Virus record (IMG/VR): IMGVR_UViG_3300037453_000161
DNA length: 64,000 nucleotides
Source: an uncultured virus (IMG/VR IMGVR_UViG_3300037453_000161)
Taxonomy: Duplodnaviria > Heunggongvirae > Uroviricota > Caudoviricetes
Strand: one strand, 5' to 3'
This document shows, piece after piece, positions 20,684-29,399 of this stretch (position 1 is its first letter; every line of letters begins with the position of its first letter). A program made the translations under genes and the position numbers. The notes beneath the pieces are model-generated. The model made no database searches. It was not told the origin of the DNA and saw nothing but the letters and a program-made list of their open reading frames with translations.

Positions 20684-21605
20684 TTATTCCAAAATTATAT
20701 CAAAGGTTGCGAACGCCATATTCTTTTCGCCGTCTTCGTCTTCCAAGTTATGAATCGCCACAACCATACTGCTTTCTAAATTGTAGTATGAATCGGCTTG
20801 GTAGCCCCTGTCTTTCAATATCTTCACAAACTCGTTAATAATTGCTTCTTCTTCATTTTCAAAATCTGCTAACTTTTTCATATTATTCCTTTCCTTTCAA
20901 AATATCACAACCAATTTGTTTTAAGTCGTTCAAACAATCGTAGCATACAGCACAATAATCTGTCGGCTCTTCTTCTAACGCTCTCAAAATTGCTTCGTCT
21001 TCGGGATTGCCGTCTTCCCAATCAAACCCGTCAATCCACAAGAATCCAACTTCGCTATCATAAATATCGCCACACCTATCACAAGTGTTATAACCCATAG
21101 GGTGTAGCACATCTTCATACTCGTCAATCGGCTCGTCGCCCTCATATTCGGCACAACTAATTTCAAGTTTCAAGTCGTCTATGTTAAGAATACGATTCTT
21201 GTATATTTTATTCTTTAATTCGTCAATAACTTCTTGGCGTGTCATAAATTACTCCTTTACTCTCTTAAACAAGGCGATTGTGTAGCCGTCGTCGTCTCGG
21301 TCAAGCGTATCAAACTCAACCTTAATCGCCGTTAATTTTTCTTTACCAACAAACTTGCCGTTATTATCATATAGGTCAAGTTTATTCGCTTCCATAAAGT
21401 AGTCGTCAATATCGGGGATTCCGTCTTCGCTCACCCAGCCGACGAACTCTCCGTCCAATCTGATACTATTCGCCCCCGTCAAAATAGCGTCAAACAGGTT
21501 CTCTGCTTCCCAACAATCACGCTCTAAATTGTTTCTTGCTTCCATAAGGTCATTTTCCTGCGACCAAAATGGTAGATTGTTGTAGTCAATTACTTTAATT
21601 TTCAT
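20684..21605 (-). CDS. Three early genes (21249..21605; 20883..21245 with two CxxC; 20684..20881)
   Basis: Contiguous ORFs with SDs behind one promoter unit. Confidence 0.7.
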
Positions 21606-21730
21606 ATTATATTTCCTTTCAGATAGTGTCTTATGTGTTTGCTATCTTACCCCTATTGTAGCACACCGAAAGTATTTTGTCAATACTATTTTCACAAAAA
21701 AATTATGGCGTTTCCGCCATAATTAGAATC

Positions 21731-22360
21731 CTACTCTTGAACAGCCCCGTCAATTACTTCGGCTTCCGTGATTTTCGGCTTGCTCTTTACTTCGGCTCTC
21801 GGCACTTTCTCGGCTTCCATAGCGTTCGTCTCAATGTCCGCCAAGATGTCGCTCATAATGCTATCAGGGCGTTTGATAGTTTGGTGAATCTCGTTAATCA
21901 CGGTCTTCTTGCCCATAAGCGTCTTCTGTAAATCCCAAAATAGTTTCGTTGCGTCTGCGTCTTTTTCTAGCACTCCGTCAAGTAGTTGTCCTGCGATAAT
22001 CTCGTTAATCGTCAAGTCTTTCTTATTCTGCTCTTCAAACGCACGCTTTTCTTCAACAGTCATAGACCCAATCGCTTGTAGATACCAAATAGGTAGTTTC
22101 CCCATATCTACTTTATCTTTTTGGTATGCTATACGAAGTGGCATATTTTCAAATCTCTGGTTCTTGACACCGTTAATCGTGCGTGAAACCGCCTTTTCCT
22201 TATTGCCTTTGCGTGATTTTACGCCAATATCTAACTTCCTACCTGTTGCCTTTTCTCTCTCTTCAATCTTTTCAATAAACTCTTTCTCTTTCGCCTTTTC
22301 AGCGTTAATATCAGGGTTTTCATAATCAGGCAAGCCCGCCTTTTCGTATTCTTTTCTCAT
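21731..22360 (-). CDS. Possible terminase small subunit
   Basis: LTINEIIAGQLLDGVLEKDADATKLFWD resembles TerS-type helices; leaderless late-type start. Confidence 0.45.
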   Translation of the reverse strand: MRKEYEKAGLPDYENPDINAEKAKEKEFIEKIEEREKATGRKLDIGVKSRKGNKEKAVSRTINGVKNQRFENMPLRIAYQKDKVDMGKLPIWYLQAIGSMTVEEKRAFEEQNKKDLTINEIIAGQLLDGVLEKDADATKLFWDLQKTLMGKKTVINEIHQTIKRPDSIMSDILADIETNAMEAEKVPRAEVKSKPKITEAEVIDGAVQE

Positions 22361-22413
22361 ATTATTATAATATCACATAAAAACACCTGCGGTTTAGAAC
22401 CACAGGTGTTATG

Positions 22414-22647
22414 CTAGAATCCTGCTTTCTCCCGAAACTTTTTGAAATCGTCTTCTAGGATTTCCATATAAGCGTCTTGAAAGTTTTTCCCGCCCTTTTT
22501 GTAGTTTTCATAGACAGTCTTGTCAGCGAACAACCCGCTCAACCAGCCCGAAATATAGCCATACTTGATTAACTGTTGTTCAGGCGATAATTTATCGTCT
22601 TTGAAAAGTTTTTGAAACTTTTTCTCATCAAAGTTTTCAGGCTTCAT
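22414..22647 (-). CDS. Hypothetical protein
   Basis: ORF overlapping the upstream stop. Confidence 0.6.
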   Translation of the reverse strand: MKPENFDEKKFQKLFKDDKLSPEQQLIKYGYISGWLSGLFADKTVYENYKKGGKNFQDAYMEILEDDFKKFREKAGF

Positions 22648-23008
22648 ATTGCTTCCTCACTTTCCTACGCTTACTTTTTAACCCACGAACTTTCGCTCCC
22701 GCTAGACTCGCTTCACGGGCGTAGCCCGCTTGAAACCCAATCGGTTTTCCGTCCGCACGAAGAGTTGCTACCCCGTGTTTGCCCCTTTCAGACATCAACT
22801 CACGATAGTTATCTTCTCCAAGTTTTGCTTTCAAAGTTTCTTGTGCCTTTTTGCCACCTTGACGGCGATTTTCAGCAATCTCTTCTGGGTCTTTTTTCTG
22901 ATAATAGTTTTTCACTTCTATTTCGCCAGAGGCACGACGAAGTTTCGTCTTATTCCAATAGTATTGGCGTTGGTATTCTCTCTGTTTTTCTTTATCTCTA
23001 TATGCCAT
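22637..23008 (-). CDS. KGG-motif-like basic protein
   Basis: RQGGKKA..LG.DNYRELMSERGKHG..GF...AREASLAGAK. Confidence 0.65.
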   Translation of the reverse strand: MAYRDKEKQREYQRQYYWNKTKLRRASGEIEVKNYYQKKDPEEIAENRRQGGKKAQETLKAKLGEDNYRELMSERGKHGVATLRADGKPIGFQAGYAREASLAGAKVRGLKSKRRKVRKQYEA

Positions 23009-23057
23009 TATGTGTTCTCCTTTCTGCTCTCTAATATATCACAGCCGAAAGTTTTTG

Positions 23058-23819
23058 TCAAGACTTTTTCAAAAGTTTTTCAACAATACGACCACACACC
23101 TCATTATCACGCTCTACACGGTGAATATGAACTTTTGGCACGCCCTCTTTTGCGTCAGGATTAGCAAGAACCAAGAAAAGTTCTTTTGCGTCGCACATCA
23201 ACATTTCCATCTGCATTTGACAGCGTGCGTTAAGTGGCACATTATCAAGGCTCTTACAGGCTTTCTCGTGCTTTCCGACGTAAACTTTTGCTTCTCTCAA
23301 CCCGTCTCCGCCCATATATTCTTCCACGATATACTCCCCCTCGCCTTTCTTTATATGGTAAGGGTTAGACGGCGTATTTTTATCGTATGTGCGAATCACC
23401 ACGTCATTATAGGCTTTGAACTCAACAGGAATAAAACCGCCACCTTTTACCCAGTTCTCATCGTCCTTATGGACAATCAAACCGTCAGGCGAGTAGCCAG
23501 CAATCGGAAACTTTCTGTTGGTGATAAAGGTGCAGGTTTGGATTTCTAGGTTGGATTCTGCTAATTGCTCATTTAATTGCTCACGCATTTCATATTCAAT
23601 GACGTGTCCACGCTCTGCGTAATCATTACCGTTTGGTCGAATATACTCCGCAGCACGCTCATTTTCTGCCAAGCACCTATTAACACCATTGGTCAACAGT
23701 AGTTGTGCGTTAGAGCAGGTTACCCTGCCCTTACGCAACTCCAACCACTCTTGCGTTCCTTGCTCAATGCCGAAGTAAAGTGTAAGGTCGCCAGTTTCTT
23801 TGGTGAAAGTTTTTTCCAC
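23058..23819 (-). CDS. YqaJ / lambda-exonuclease family protein
   Basis: EQGTQEWLELRKGRVTCS, RGH..E, YSPDGL, EFK, QMQ motifs. Confidence 0.88.
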   Translation of the reverse strand: MEKTFTKETGDLTLYFGIEQGTQEWLELRKGRVTCSNAQLLLTNGVNRCLAENERAAEYIRPNGNDYAERGHVIEYEMREQLNEQLAESNLEIQTCTFITNRKFPIAGYSPDGLIVHKDDENWVKGGGFIPVEFKAYNDVVIRTYDKNTPSNPYHIKKGEGEYIVEEYMGGDGLREAKVYVGKHEKACKSLDNVPLNARCQMQMEMLMCDAKELFLVLANPDAKEGVPKVHIHRVERDNEVCGRIVEKLLKKS

Positions 23820-24029
23820 TTACGCCTCCTGAAACTTTTTGGAAGCACCCCTACGGCTCTTCAATCCACCTTTACGCCCTGCGATACGAGCGAGTTCGTG
23901 ATTTGAAGCAAAACCCCCAGTATGCCCATTACGACCACCCTTACCACCAATTCGTGAGTAAAAGTCGTCCCCATACTTTTTCTTATTCGTTGCGGCGGCA
24001 CGCATACCGCCAAGTTTAGTCCCAGCCAT
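23820..24029 (-). CDS. KGG-repeat stress-induced-type protein
   Basis: MAGTKLGG..AA.TNK..YG.DFY.RIG.KGG...GGFA.N.ELAR.AG.KGG. Confidence 0.8.
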   Translation of the reverse strand: MAGTKLGGMRAAATNKKKYGDDFYSRIGGKGGRNGHTGGFASNHELARIAGRKGGLKSRRGASKKFQEA

Positions 24030-24030
24030 A

Positions 24031-24636
24031 CTATTCTCCTAAAATACCTTTCAACGCTTCTACAAGGTGTTTAGCGTCTTCTTTTGATAGTTTACCAGCC
24101 TGAACTTCTACAAGTTCACCACCTTTAATCTTGCGAGTCTTACCACTTTTTGAAAGATTTTCTAAAAAGTTTTCAAGTTCCTTGACAGCGTTCTCATCAA
24201 GTTCTTCTTCGTCGTTGTCAATAGACTCGGTATCTTCCATAGCGGACTCAATATCTTCGTGGTCAACCCAAGATTCAGTATCACCCTCTGGCATAATCTC
24301 TTCCTTAATCTCTGCAAAGTCAGTAGCACCAAGTTGAAGAGTCTTCTGTGCTAGGTCAAGAGAAATAAGGTGAGCAAGATTTACTTTACCTCTTGTCAAA
24401 CAATCTTTACCTTTGCCTGGAAGAAGATTGCATAGAACCATAACGAGCATAACTTCAAGATTCCAAAGTTTCTCTCCGTCATTTTCTCCGTCCATTTTGA
24501 TACAAGTTGCAGTCTCCTTGCCGAAATCAACAGCAATAAATGCTTGGTCAACGTCAGTCTGATGAAGAATCTCGTCAATCTTCTCCATAGCCTCTTCTTT
24601 TGTTAATTTTGCCTTAATAGCAGTTTTCTTTGCCAT
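24031..24636 (-). CDS. Hypothetical protein
   Basis: 201 aa in operon. Confidence 0.7.
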   Translation of the reverse strand: MAKKTAIKAKLTKEEAMEKIDEILHQTDVDQAFIAVDFGKETATCIKMDGENDGEKLWNLEVMLVMVLCNLLPGKGKDCLTRGKVNLAHLISLDLAQKTLQLGATDFAEIKEEIMPEGDTESWVDHEDIESAMEDTESIDNDEEELDENAVKELENFLENLSKSGKTRKIKGGELVEVQAGKLSKEDAKHLVEALKGILGE

Positions 24637-24638
24637 AA

Positions 24639-25199
24639 TTATTTACCTTTCTTTTCGTTAATTTCTTCTAGTGGTGTGGCTTGGTAGCCGATTGCTACAA
24701 GTAAGTAGCCATAGATGTTTTTGACAGCACGAGCAATAGCCCTTGTCTCTGACAAGCCCATAGTCGCAAAATCGTCTTTGTCCTTCAAGAACTCTTCACT
24801 CTTATCTGCAAGCATAGTAGAACGAGAGATTTCAGTTCCGTTCACATTGTGGAGAATACAAGTAGTTTTCGCAAAATAAACCTTACCGTCTTTCTCTTCA
24901 CGATAGCCGTCTTCTGTTAAGAAAGTAGGAATAAGCCCTTTCTGTTGTGCAATATACTGATACACTTCTGACTTAACATACTTTCTGTTCCCCTCTTGAA
25001 CGCCAAGTTCATTTTTCTCAATGAAGTTTTTAAGAGCGGTCATTTCTTGAATAGCCTTCATTTGCTCTTCGGTGAGTTTAATCTTCCCTGTTTGTGCAGG
25101 TTTTTCTACCGACTTTTGGGCAGGAGTTACAGGTTTTTCCTTGTTGACAGCCGTTTCAGCCTTATTGAGACCTTTCATAGCGTCGCTTGCGAGAGTCAT
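24639..25199 (-). CDS. Putative ssDNA-annealing recombinase
   Basis: SETRAIARA...GYQATPLEE motif; clusters with exonuclease and Gp157-like gene. Confidence 0.55.
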   Translation of the reverse strand: MTLASDAMKGLNKAETAVNKEKPVTPAQKSVEKPAQTGKIKLTEEQMKAIQEMTALKNFIEKNELGVQEGNRKYVKSEVYQYIAQQKGLIPTFLTEDGYREEKDGKVYFAKTTCILHNVNGTEISRSTMLADKSEEFLKDKDDFATMGLSETRAIARAVKNIYGYLLVAIGYQATPLEEINEKKGK

Positions 25200-25612
25200 T
25201 ACTTACCGCCTTTCTTAACTTTCCAGTTTAGACGGTAATAAGAAGCGTCAGAAAATCCTTCAGGGAGTTTACCCATAACTTTTAGATACTCTTGGGCTTT
25301 CTTTTCGTTGGCAACGACCATTTCTTCCTTAAAATCGTCAGGAACTTTGTCGATGTCAGCGACTTTGACTTTTGCCACAGCAGACACACTGACAGAGAGG
25401 TCGCCAACTTCGTGCAAGTCGAAGTCTTGGTCGGCAATAAGCCTAGCCTTGACAGCGTCCTTGAGACGTTGAACCTCCTGTTTTGCGTCCTCAATGGCTT
25501 TAATTTGTTTGAATACGTCAGGGTATTGCGTCCGTAGAGCAACAAGTTGTTCCTCTACGGACGCTTCCTTGACGGCAATTTCAGACATTTGCTTGTCTAA
25601 ATTGTCTGCCAT
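25199..25612 (-). CDS. Siphovirus Gp157-like coiled-coil protein
   Basis: Coiled coil then VKVADIDKVPDDF; SD AGGAG/AGGA before MADNLD. Confidence 0.5.
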   Translation of the reverse strand: MADNLDKQMSEIAVKEASVEEQLVALRTQYPDVFKQIKAIEDAKQEVQRLKDAVKARLIADQDFDLHEVGDLSVSVSAVAKVKVADIDKVPDDFKEEMVVANEKKAQEYLKVMGKLPEGFSDASYYRLNWKVKKGGK

Positions 25613-25659
25613 ATTTTGTCCTATCTCCTGCTTTGGCGTGGCGACCATTCTATTTACCA

Positions 25660-25848
25660 CTTTAAGTGCAGGGGCGAACCCATCACCACACATAAGACAC
25701 CTTGCAAAGTGAGGAAATGCACCGAACAAGATAAAGATGTGATGGATTCAACTCTGAACTTAAAGGTTCGTGGGTTGATTGAGTGTCCTCGCAGTTTTGG
25801 TTGACCGTCTCTCAACGGGCGGTCAACCGACACACTCAATTAACCCTA
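25660..25848 (-). ncRNA. Structured 5' leader/sRNA displaying the antisense of the shared early leader
   Basis: Promoter TTGACATTTAGA...TAACAT at 25855-25883; two long stem-loops; second loop contains GTGTCTTATGTGT (25688-25700). Confidence 0.6.
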
Positions 25849-25871
25849 CTTATATGTTAGCACAGATGAAT

Positions 25872-26078
25872 CTAAATGTCAAGGTTTTTTTCATCGTTTT
25901 TGTGCTTTTTATTCTTTGACCCCAATGCTCTACCAGAACCAGGAGTGGTGAACTCACCAAGCACTAAATCATCAACAACACCAGTGATACCTCTGGTGTG
26001 GTATTTCGGATTTCTGCTCAACTCACGAAGTTTCTCGTAGGCTGGGACACTAATTCTTACTTGCTTTTCTTTTCTCAT
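25872..26078 (-). CDS. Small DNA-binding protein, ribbon-helix-helix-like
   Basis: KQVRISVPAYEKLRELS pattern. Confidence 0.5.
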   Translation of the reverse strand: MRKEKQVRISVPAYEKLRELSRNPKYHTRGITGVVDDLVLGEFTTPGSGRALGSKNKKHKNDEKNLDI

Positions 26079-26087
26079 AATAACATT

Positions 26088-26456
26088 TTACCACTTTCTG
26101 AACGGTTGCGGTTTTTCCCAAGTTCCGCTCCCCTTCTTCTTATTACACCAAACGTGTGCCAGTTGGCAATTCTCTAATGTCGTCTGCCCCCCTTTTGACA
26201 ACGGAATAATGTGGTCAATCGTGCAATGCTTCATATTTTTAATCGGCTTGCCACACAAACCACATACCGCACCTTTGGAGTCAATCAGTTGGTTCTTGAT
26301 AGCCTTCTGATATTTCCATTCTTTGAAGTCCGATTTACTGCCTCTGAACCCGTTTCTTGACTTGAAATGTTCTCTCTGTTGGCTACGTTTCGGAATCTTC
26401 TCAAAATTGTCTCTGTCTCCTTTCATTCTGCGACGATGGTTGTAATACTTTCTCAT
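26088..26456 (-). CDS. HNH endonuclease
   Basis: CGLCG...TIDHIIPLSKGG...NCQLAHVWCNKKK. Confidence 0.92.
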   Translation of the reverse strand: MRKYYNHRRRMKGDRDNFEKIPKRSQQREHFKSRNGFRGSKSDFKEWKYQKAIKNQLIDSKGAVCGLCGKPIKNMKHCTIDHIIPLSKGGQTTLENCQLAHVWCNKKKGSGTWEKPQPFRKW

Positions 26457-26484
26457 CGCTACCTCCGTTTTTGTTATCGTTAAT

Positions 26485-27723
26485 TTACGAAACTCTGTCC
26501 CATACAACTCTCCTATTTCCTCGTTTCATTACGATTGCGTCCTGCTTATATGGAAAACCCTGTCGTGAAATAGCGTCCACCCTCTCAATCATAACATCTT
26601 CTGCCTTGCCAAATCTTTTCATATTCTCTGTTAAGTCAATGATATACGCTGTTTTATTAGGGTTGTTTGGGTCTTTACGAAGACACCTGCCAACGCCCTG
26701 AACCCAGAACGATAACGACTTTGTAGGACGACACCAAATCACACAATCTACGCTCGGAACGTCAACGCCTCGTCCTACCATACCAACGTTGACAAGGAAC
26801 TGAACTCTGCCCTCTCGGAGAGCGTTCATCTTCTCTTCACGAGTCTTCTTATTATCATAAGTGGAATCAAGAGTTGTGGAAGCCCCACCAAGACTTGTAA
26901 TGACGTTATCTAATTGGAAGTTCATATTAACGTTTGGGCTAAACACAATCGTTTTGAGATTATTGTCAATACACCACTTAATCGCTCGTGTAAAAGTGGA
27001 GGTGTTCTCGTCCACGTCCACCCACTGCGACATCTGCTCCATTTCATACTCTACACGACCTGGAACGTCCTCAATAAACGACCAATCCGTAGGCACAAAG
27101 TAGTATTGTGTCTTGGAGAGATAGTCCATCTCTTGAAGGTCGGCGATTGAACAGCGGTAGATAATCTTGTTCCAGAACCACTCTCCATAGTGAGTATCTT
27201 TACCGCCGTTGGTGTGGATTCTCGTAACTGGGCGACAATACACACGAGGGTCTTCATACATACGTTGAAAGGTCTGGTTACGCCACGGGGTAGCCGTTAA
27301 ACCTACAATCTTGGCGTTTGGTAGTTCGTTGAAGAAGGTCATATACATTGAACCTGCGTTGTCGTTCGGCACGACATCTGCTTCATCAACAACAATAACG
27401 CCAAAATGCTGGCAGTATTCTGTCCAGTTCCTAATCGTTCCAATAGTAGCAAGAGTTATTTGTCCAATCTTCCAATCACCTGCTGAAGCAGAACAAACGG
27501 TTGGATAAACTCCCACCGCTTGAAGTTTCTCTAGGTTCTGCTCAAGGATTTCTTTCGTAGGTTGTAGGACGAGAGTGGGTGTTTCCATTTTAGAAACTAT
27601 GTCCGCAATGATGTGGGACTTCCCTGCCCCTGTCGCTAGTTGTAGCATACAAGGGCGAGAACTCTTTTCCCAATACTTGAATAACTCTTCTACTGCGTCG
27701 CTTTGATACTTACGCAGTGGCAT
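26485..27723 (-). CDS. Superfamily 2 helicase
   Basis: LRKYQ, ATGAGKS, VDEAD, LTATP, GVDVP, QGVGRCLR. Confidence 0.93.
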   Translation of the reverse strand: MPLRKYQSDAVEELFKYWEKSSRPCMLQLATGAGKSHIIADIVSKMETPTLVLQPTKEILEQNLEKLQAVGVYPTVCSASAGDWKIGQITLATIGTIRNWTEYCQHFGVIVVDEADVVPNDNAGSMYMTFFNELPNAKIVGLTATPWRNQTFQRMYEDPRVYCRPVTRIHTNGGKDTHYGEWFWNKIIYRCSIADLQEMDYLSKTQYYFVPTDWSFIEDVPGRVEYEMEQMSQWVDVDENTSTFTRAIKWCIDNNLKTIVFSPNVNMNFQLDNVITSLGGASTTLDSTYDNKKTREEKMNALREGRVQFLVNVGMVGRGVDVPSVDCVIWCRPTKSLSFWVQGVGRCLRKDPNNPNKTAYIIDLTENMKRFGKAEDVMIERVDAISRQGFPYKQDAIVMKRGNRRVVWDRVS

Positions 27724-27726
27724 ACC

Positions 27727-28593
27727 CTAATCTCCGAAATTATCTTTATAATACTTTCCCATAGTTGGTAGATATTTTGCATATGCCTCGGCAAACTTGC
27801 CACCAGCATCACCGTCATATAATTTAACAGCCCCTTTGGTAAACGCAGAAATGCCTTTATACATACACTTACGTTCAGTTTCATAATCATCAAAGCCTTC
27901 TTCGTCTTCCTTTTTATGGTATGGGTATTTACCGTAGTGCATTACCCCAAGGTTAGCGGCGGCGTAAACCCCAAGGAACTCTTCCTCGGTTAATTCTAAT
28001 TTAACTTTTTTCATTTTCAATCCTTTCTCCCGTTTTCGGGTCATAATGTGGTCTATTTTCTTTATAAAACTTTACATACGTTGGGTGGAACTCTGTCATC
28101 ACAAGGTCAAGTGTGTCGTAGTCAATCATATAATGAACGTTGTTCAACACCATCTTGCCACTATACTTGACGATAGATAATTGCGAGTTGTTCCAGTAAT
28201 CTACACCCATAATCACTGGTTGCTTGTATTTGTTAAATAACTCTTTGCTATAAAGTTCTGCTTCCTCAATGGTCTTGCAGTCTCTAACTTTCATAACATT
28301 CTCCTTACTTCTTGCTCTTCTTGTGCCCTAGCCGCAGTGGTTTCTTCCGATGGCGTAATCACACCCTCTTCAACCAACTTTGCACGAGTGCGACGGATTG
28401 TTTCAGGGCTAGACACAGACTTTAGATGTTCATATAACTCTGGGTCGTGCCAACCCTCTGTCCACCAAACAGTTGCGATAAGTCTCTTATCGTCATTGGC
28501 TAGGTCAGGATTCTTTTCAACAAGAGCGATTATCTTGTCTCTCATTGCTTGGCTATTTACCTTCATTACAATCCTTTCCATAACGGGCTTCAT
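27727..28593 (-). CDS. Three hypothetical genes (28291..28593, 28001..28294, 27727..28014)
   Basis: Overlapping start/stop junctions. Confidence 0.65.
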
Positions 28594-28807
28594 AGTATTT
28601 GCGTCCGTTCTTACCTATTCCCGCTTGTCGGTAGACGGACAGTTGTATGTTCTTGGTTATCTTCCAAGGGACTGTAACTTTGCCCTTCTTCTTTGGGTGG
28701 ACAAAGTGTAGGTGGTCGCCTTTCTGTTTCAAGAACACCCAACCATCTTTGTAAAGTTCTGCAATCAGTTCCTTACGTCCCCCCTCCGTATGACCTTTGC
28801 TACTCAT
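28553..28807 (-). CDS. hicA: HicA-family toxin (mRNA interferase fold)
   Basis: ELIAELYKDGW...QKGDHLHFVHP.KKGKVTVP...SVYRQAG. Confidence 0.88.
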   Translation of the reverse strand: MSSKGHTEGGRKELIAELYKDGWVFLKQKGDHLHFVHPKKKGKVTVPWKITKNIQLSVYRQAGIGKNGRKYYEARYGKDCNEGK

Positions 28808-28874
28808 CTCCCCCTTCCTCCTTTCTTATGTGCTTCTATCACACTATCTATGTTAGCACACATCATTCTAAATG

Positions 28875-29399
28875 TCAAGGTTTAGACTTAATATCGTCGT
28901 ATCTATCTGTTCCGAAACATAAAATAATTGCTTCGCACAGCCAACCACGAATCACAGGCTCGACCTTTTCACAGTTAGAAGGGTCATCGTCAATGAAGTA
29001 GACAGTAGCATACTCTGCGTTCATATCGTTACGAATTAACTCCGCCTTTACTTCTGGAGATTTACGATAATCACCGTCCTTACGCATCAAAATACGATAC
29101 TTAATAGGGTGTTCAGTCTTCAAATGTTCCGTGAGCCACATACCAGTAAGCGTCCTAGAACGCTCTGGTCTGCCAGTGACGAAGACTAGGTCTAGGTCAG
29201 AACTGTCCCAGCCAAGTTGGGTAGTGCAGATTCCTTTGACCAACATATCAAGAAATGTAATCCCACCTTCAATCGGCTCATCGTCAGCCATTTCACAGCC
29301 ATAGAATCCATCATAATTCTTTTCGTCAAGATAGTGCATACGGTGTCCAATATCTGCAAGGACACCGTCAATATCACAGTAGATTCTAGTCGTTTTCAT
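28875..29399 (-). CDS. HAD-family polynucleotide 3'-phosphatase-like protein
   Basis: DIDGVLAD, VTGRPE, LMRKDGDYR...K, FIDD. Confidence 0.85.
   Translation of the reverse strand: MKTTRIYCDIDGVLADIGHRMHYLDEKNYDGFYGCEMADDEPIEGGITFLDMLVKGICTTQLGWDSSDLDLVFVTGRPERSRTLTGMWLTEHLKTEHPIKYRILMRKDGDYRKSPEVKAELIRNDMNAEYATVYFIDDDPSNCEKVEPVIRGWLCEAIILCFGTDRYDDIKSKP

Larger units (their letters stand above)
14781..21683 (-). promoter_or_regulatory. Nine repeated promoter + leader units (TTGACA-17-TA(C/T/G)AAT ... AAC(A/G)CATAAGAC(AC) ... GAAAGG)
   Basis: -35 boxes at 14831, 15788, 16500, 17305, 17967, 18835, 19715, 20673, 21678; leader motifs starting near 14784, 15738, 16450, 17255, 17917, 18785, 19665, 20623, 21626. 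Confidence 0.95.

Noticed and set aside
14781..21683. CRISPR array or integron from the regularly recurring repeats
   Set aside because: Repeats are promoters separated by whole genes at irregular 0.7-1 kb spacing; no cas gene, integrase or attC structure
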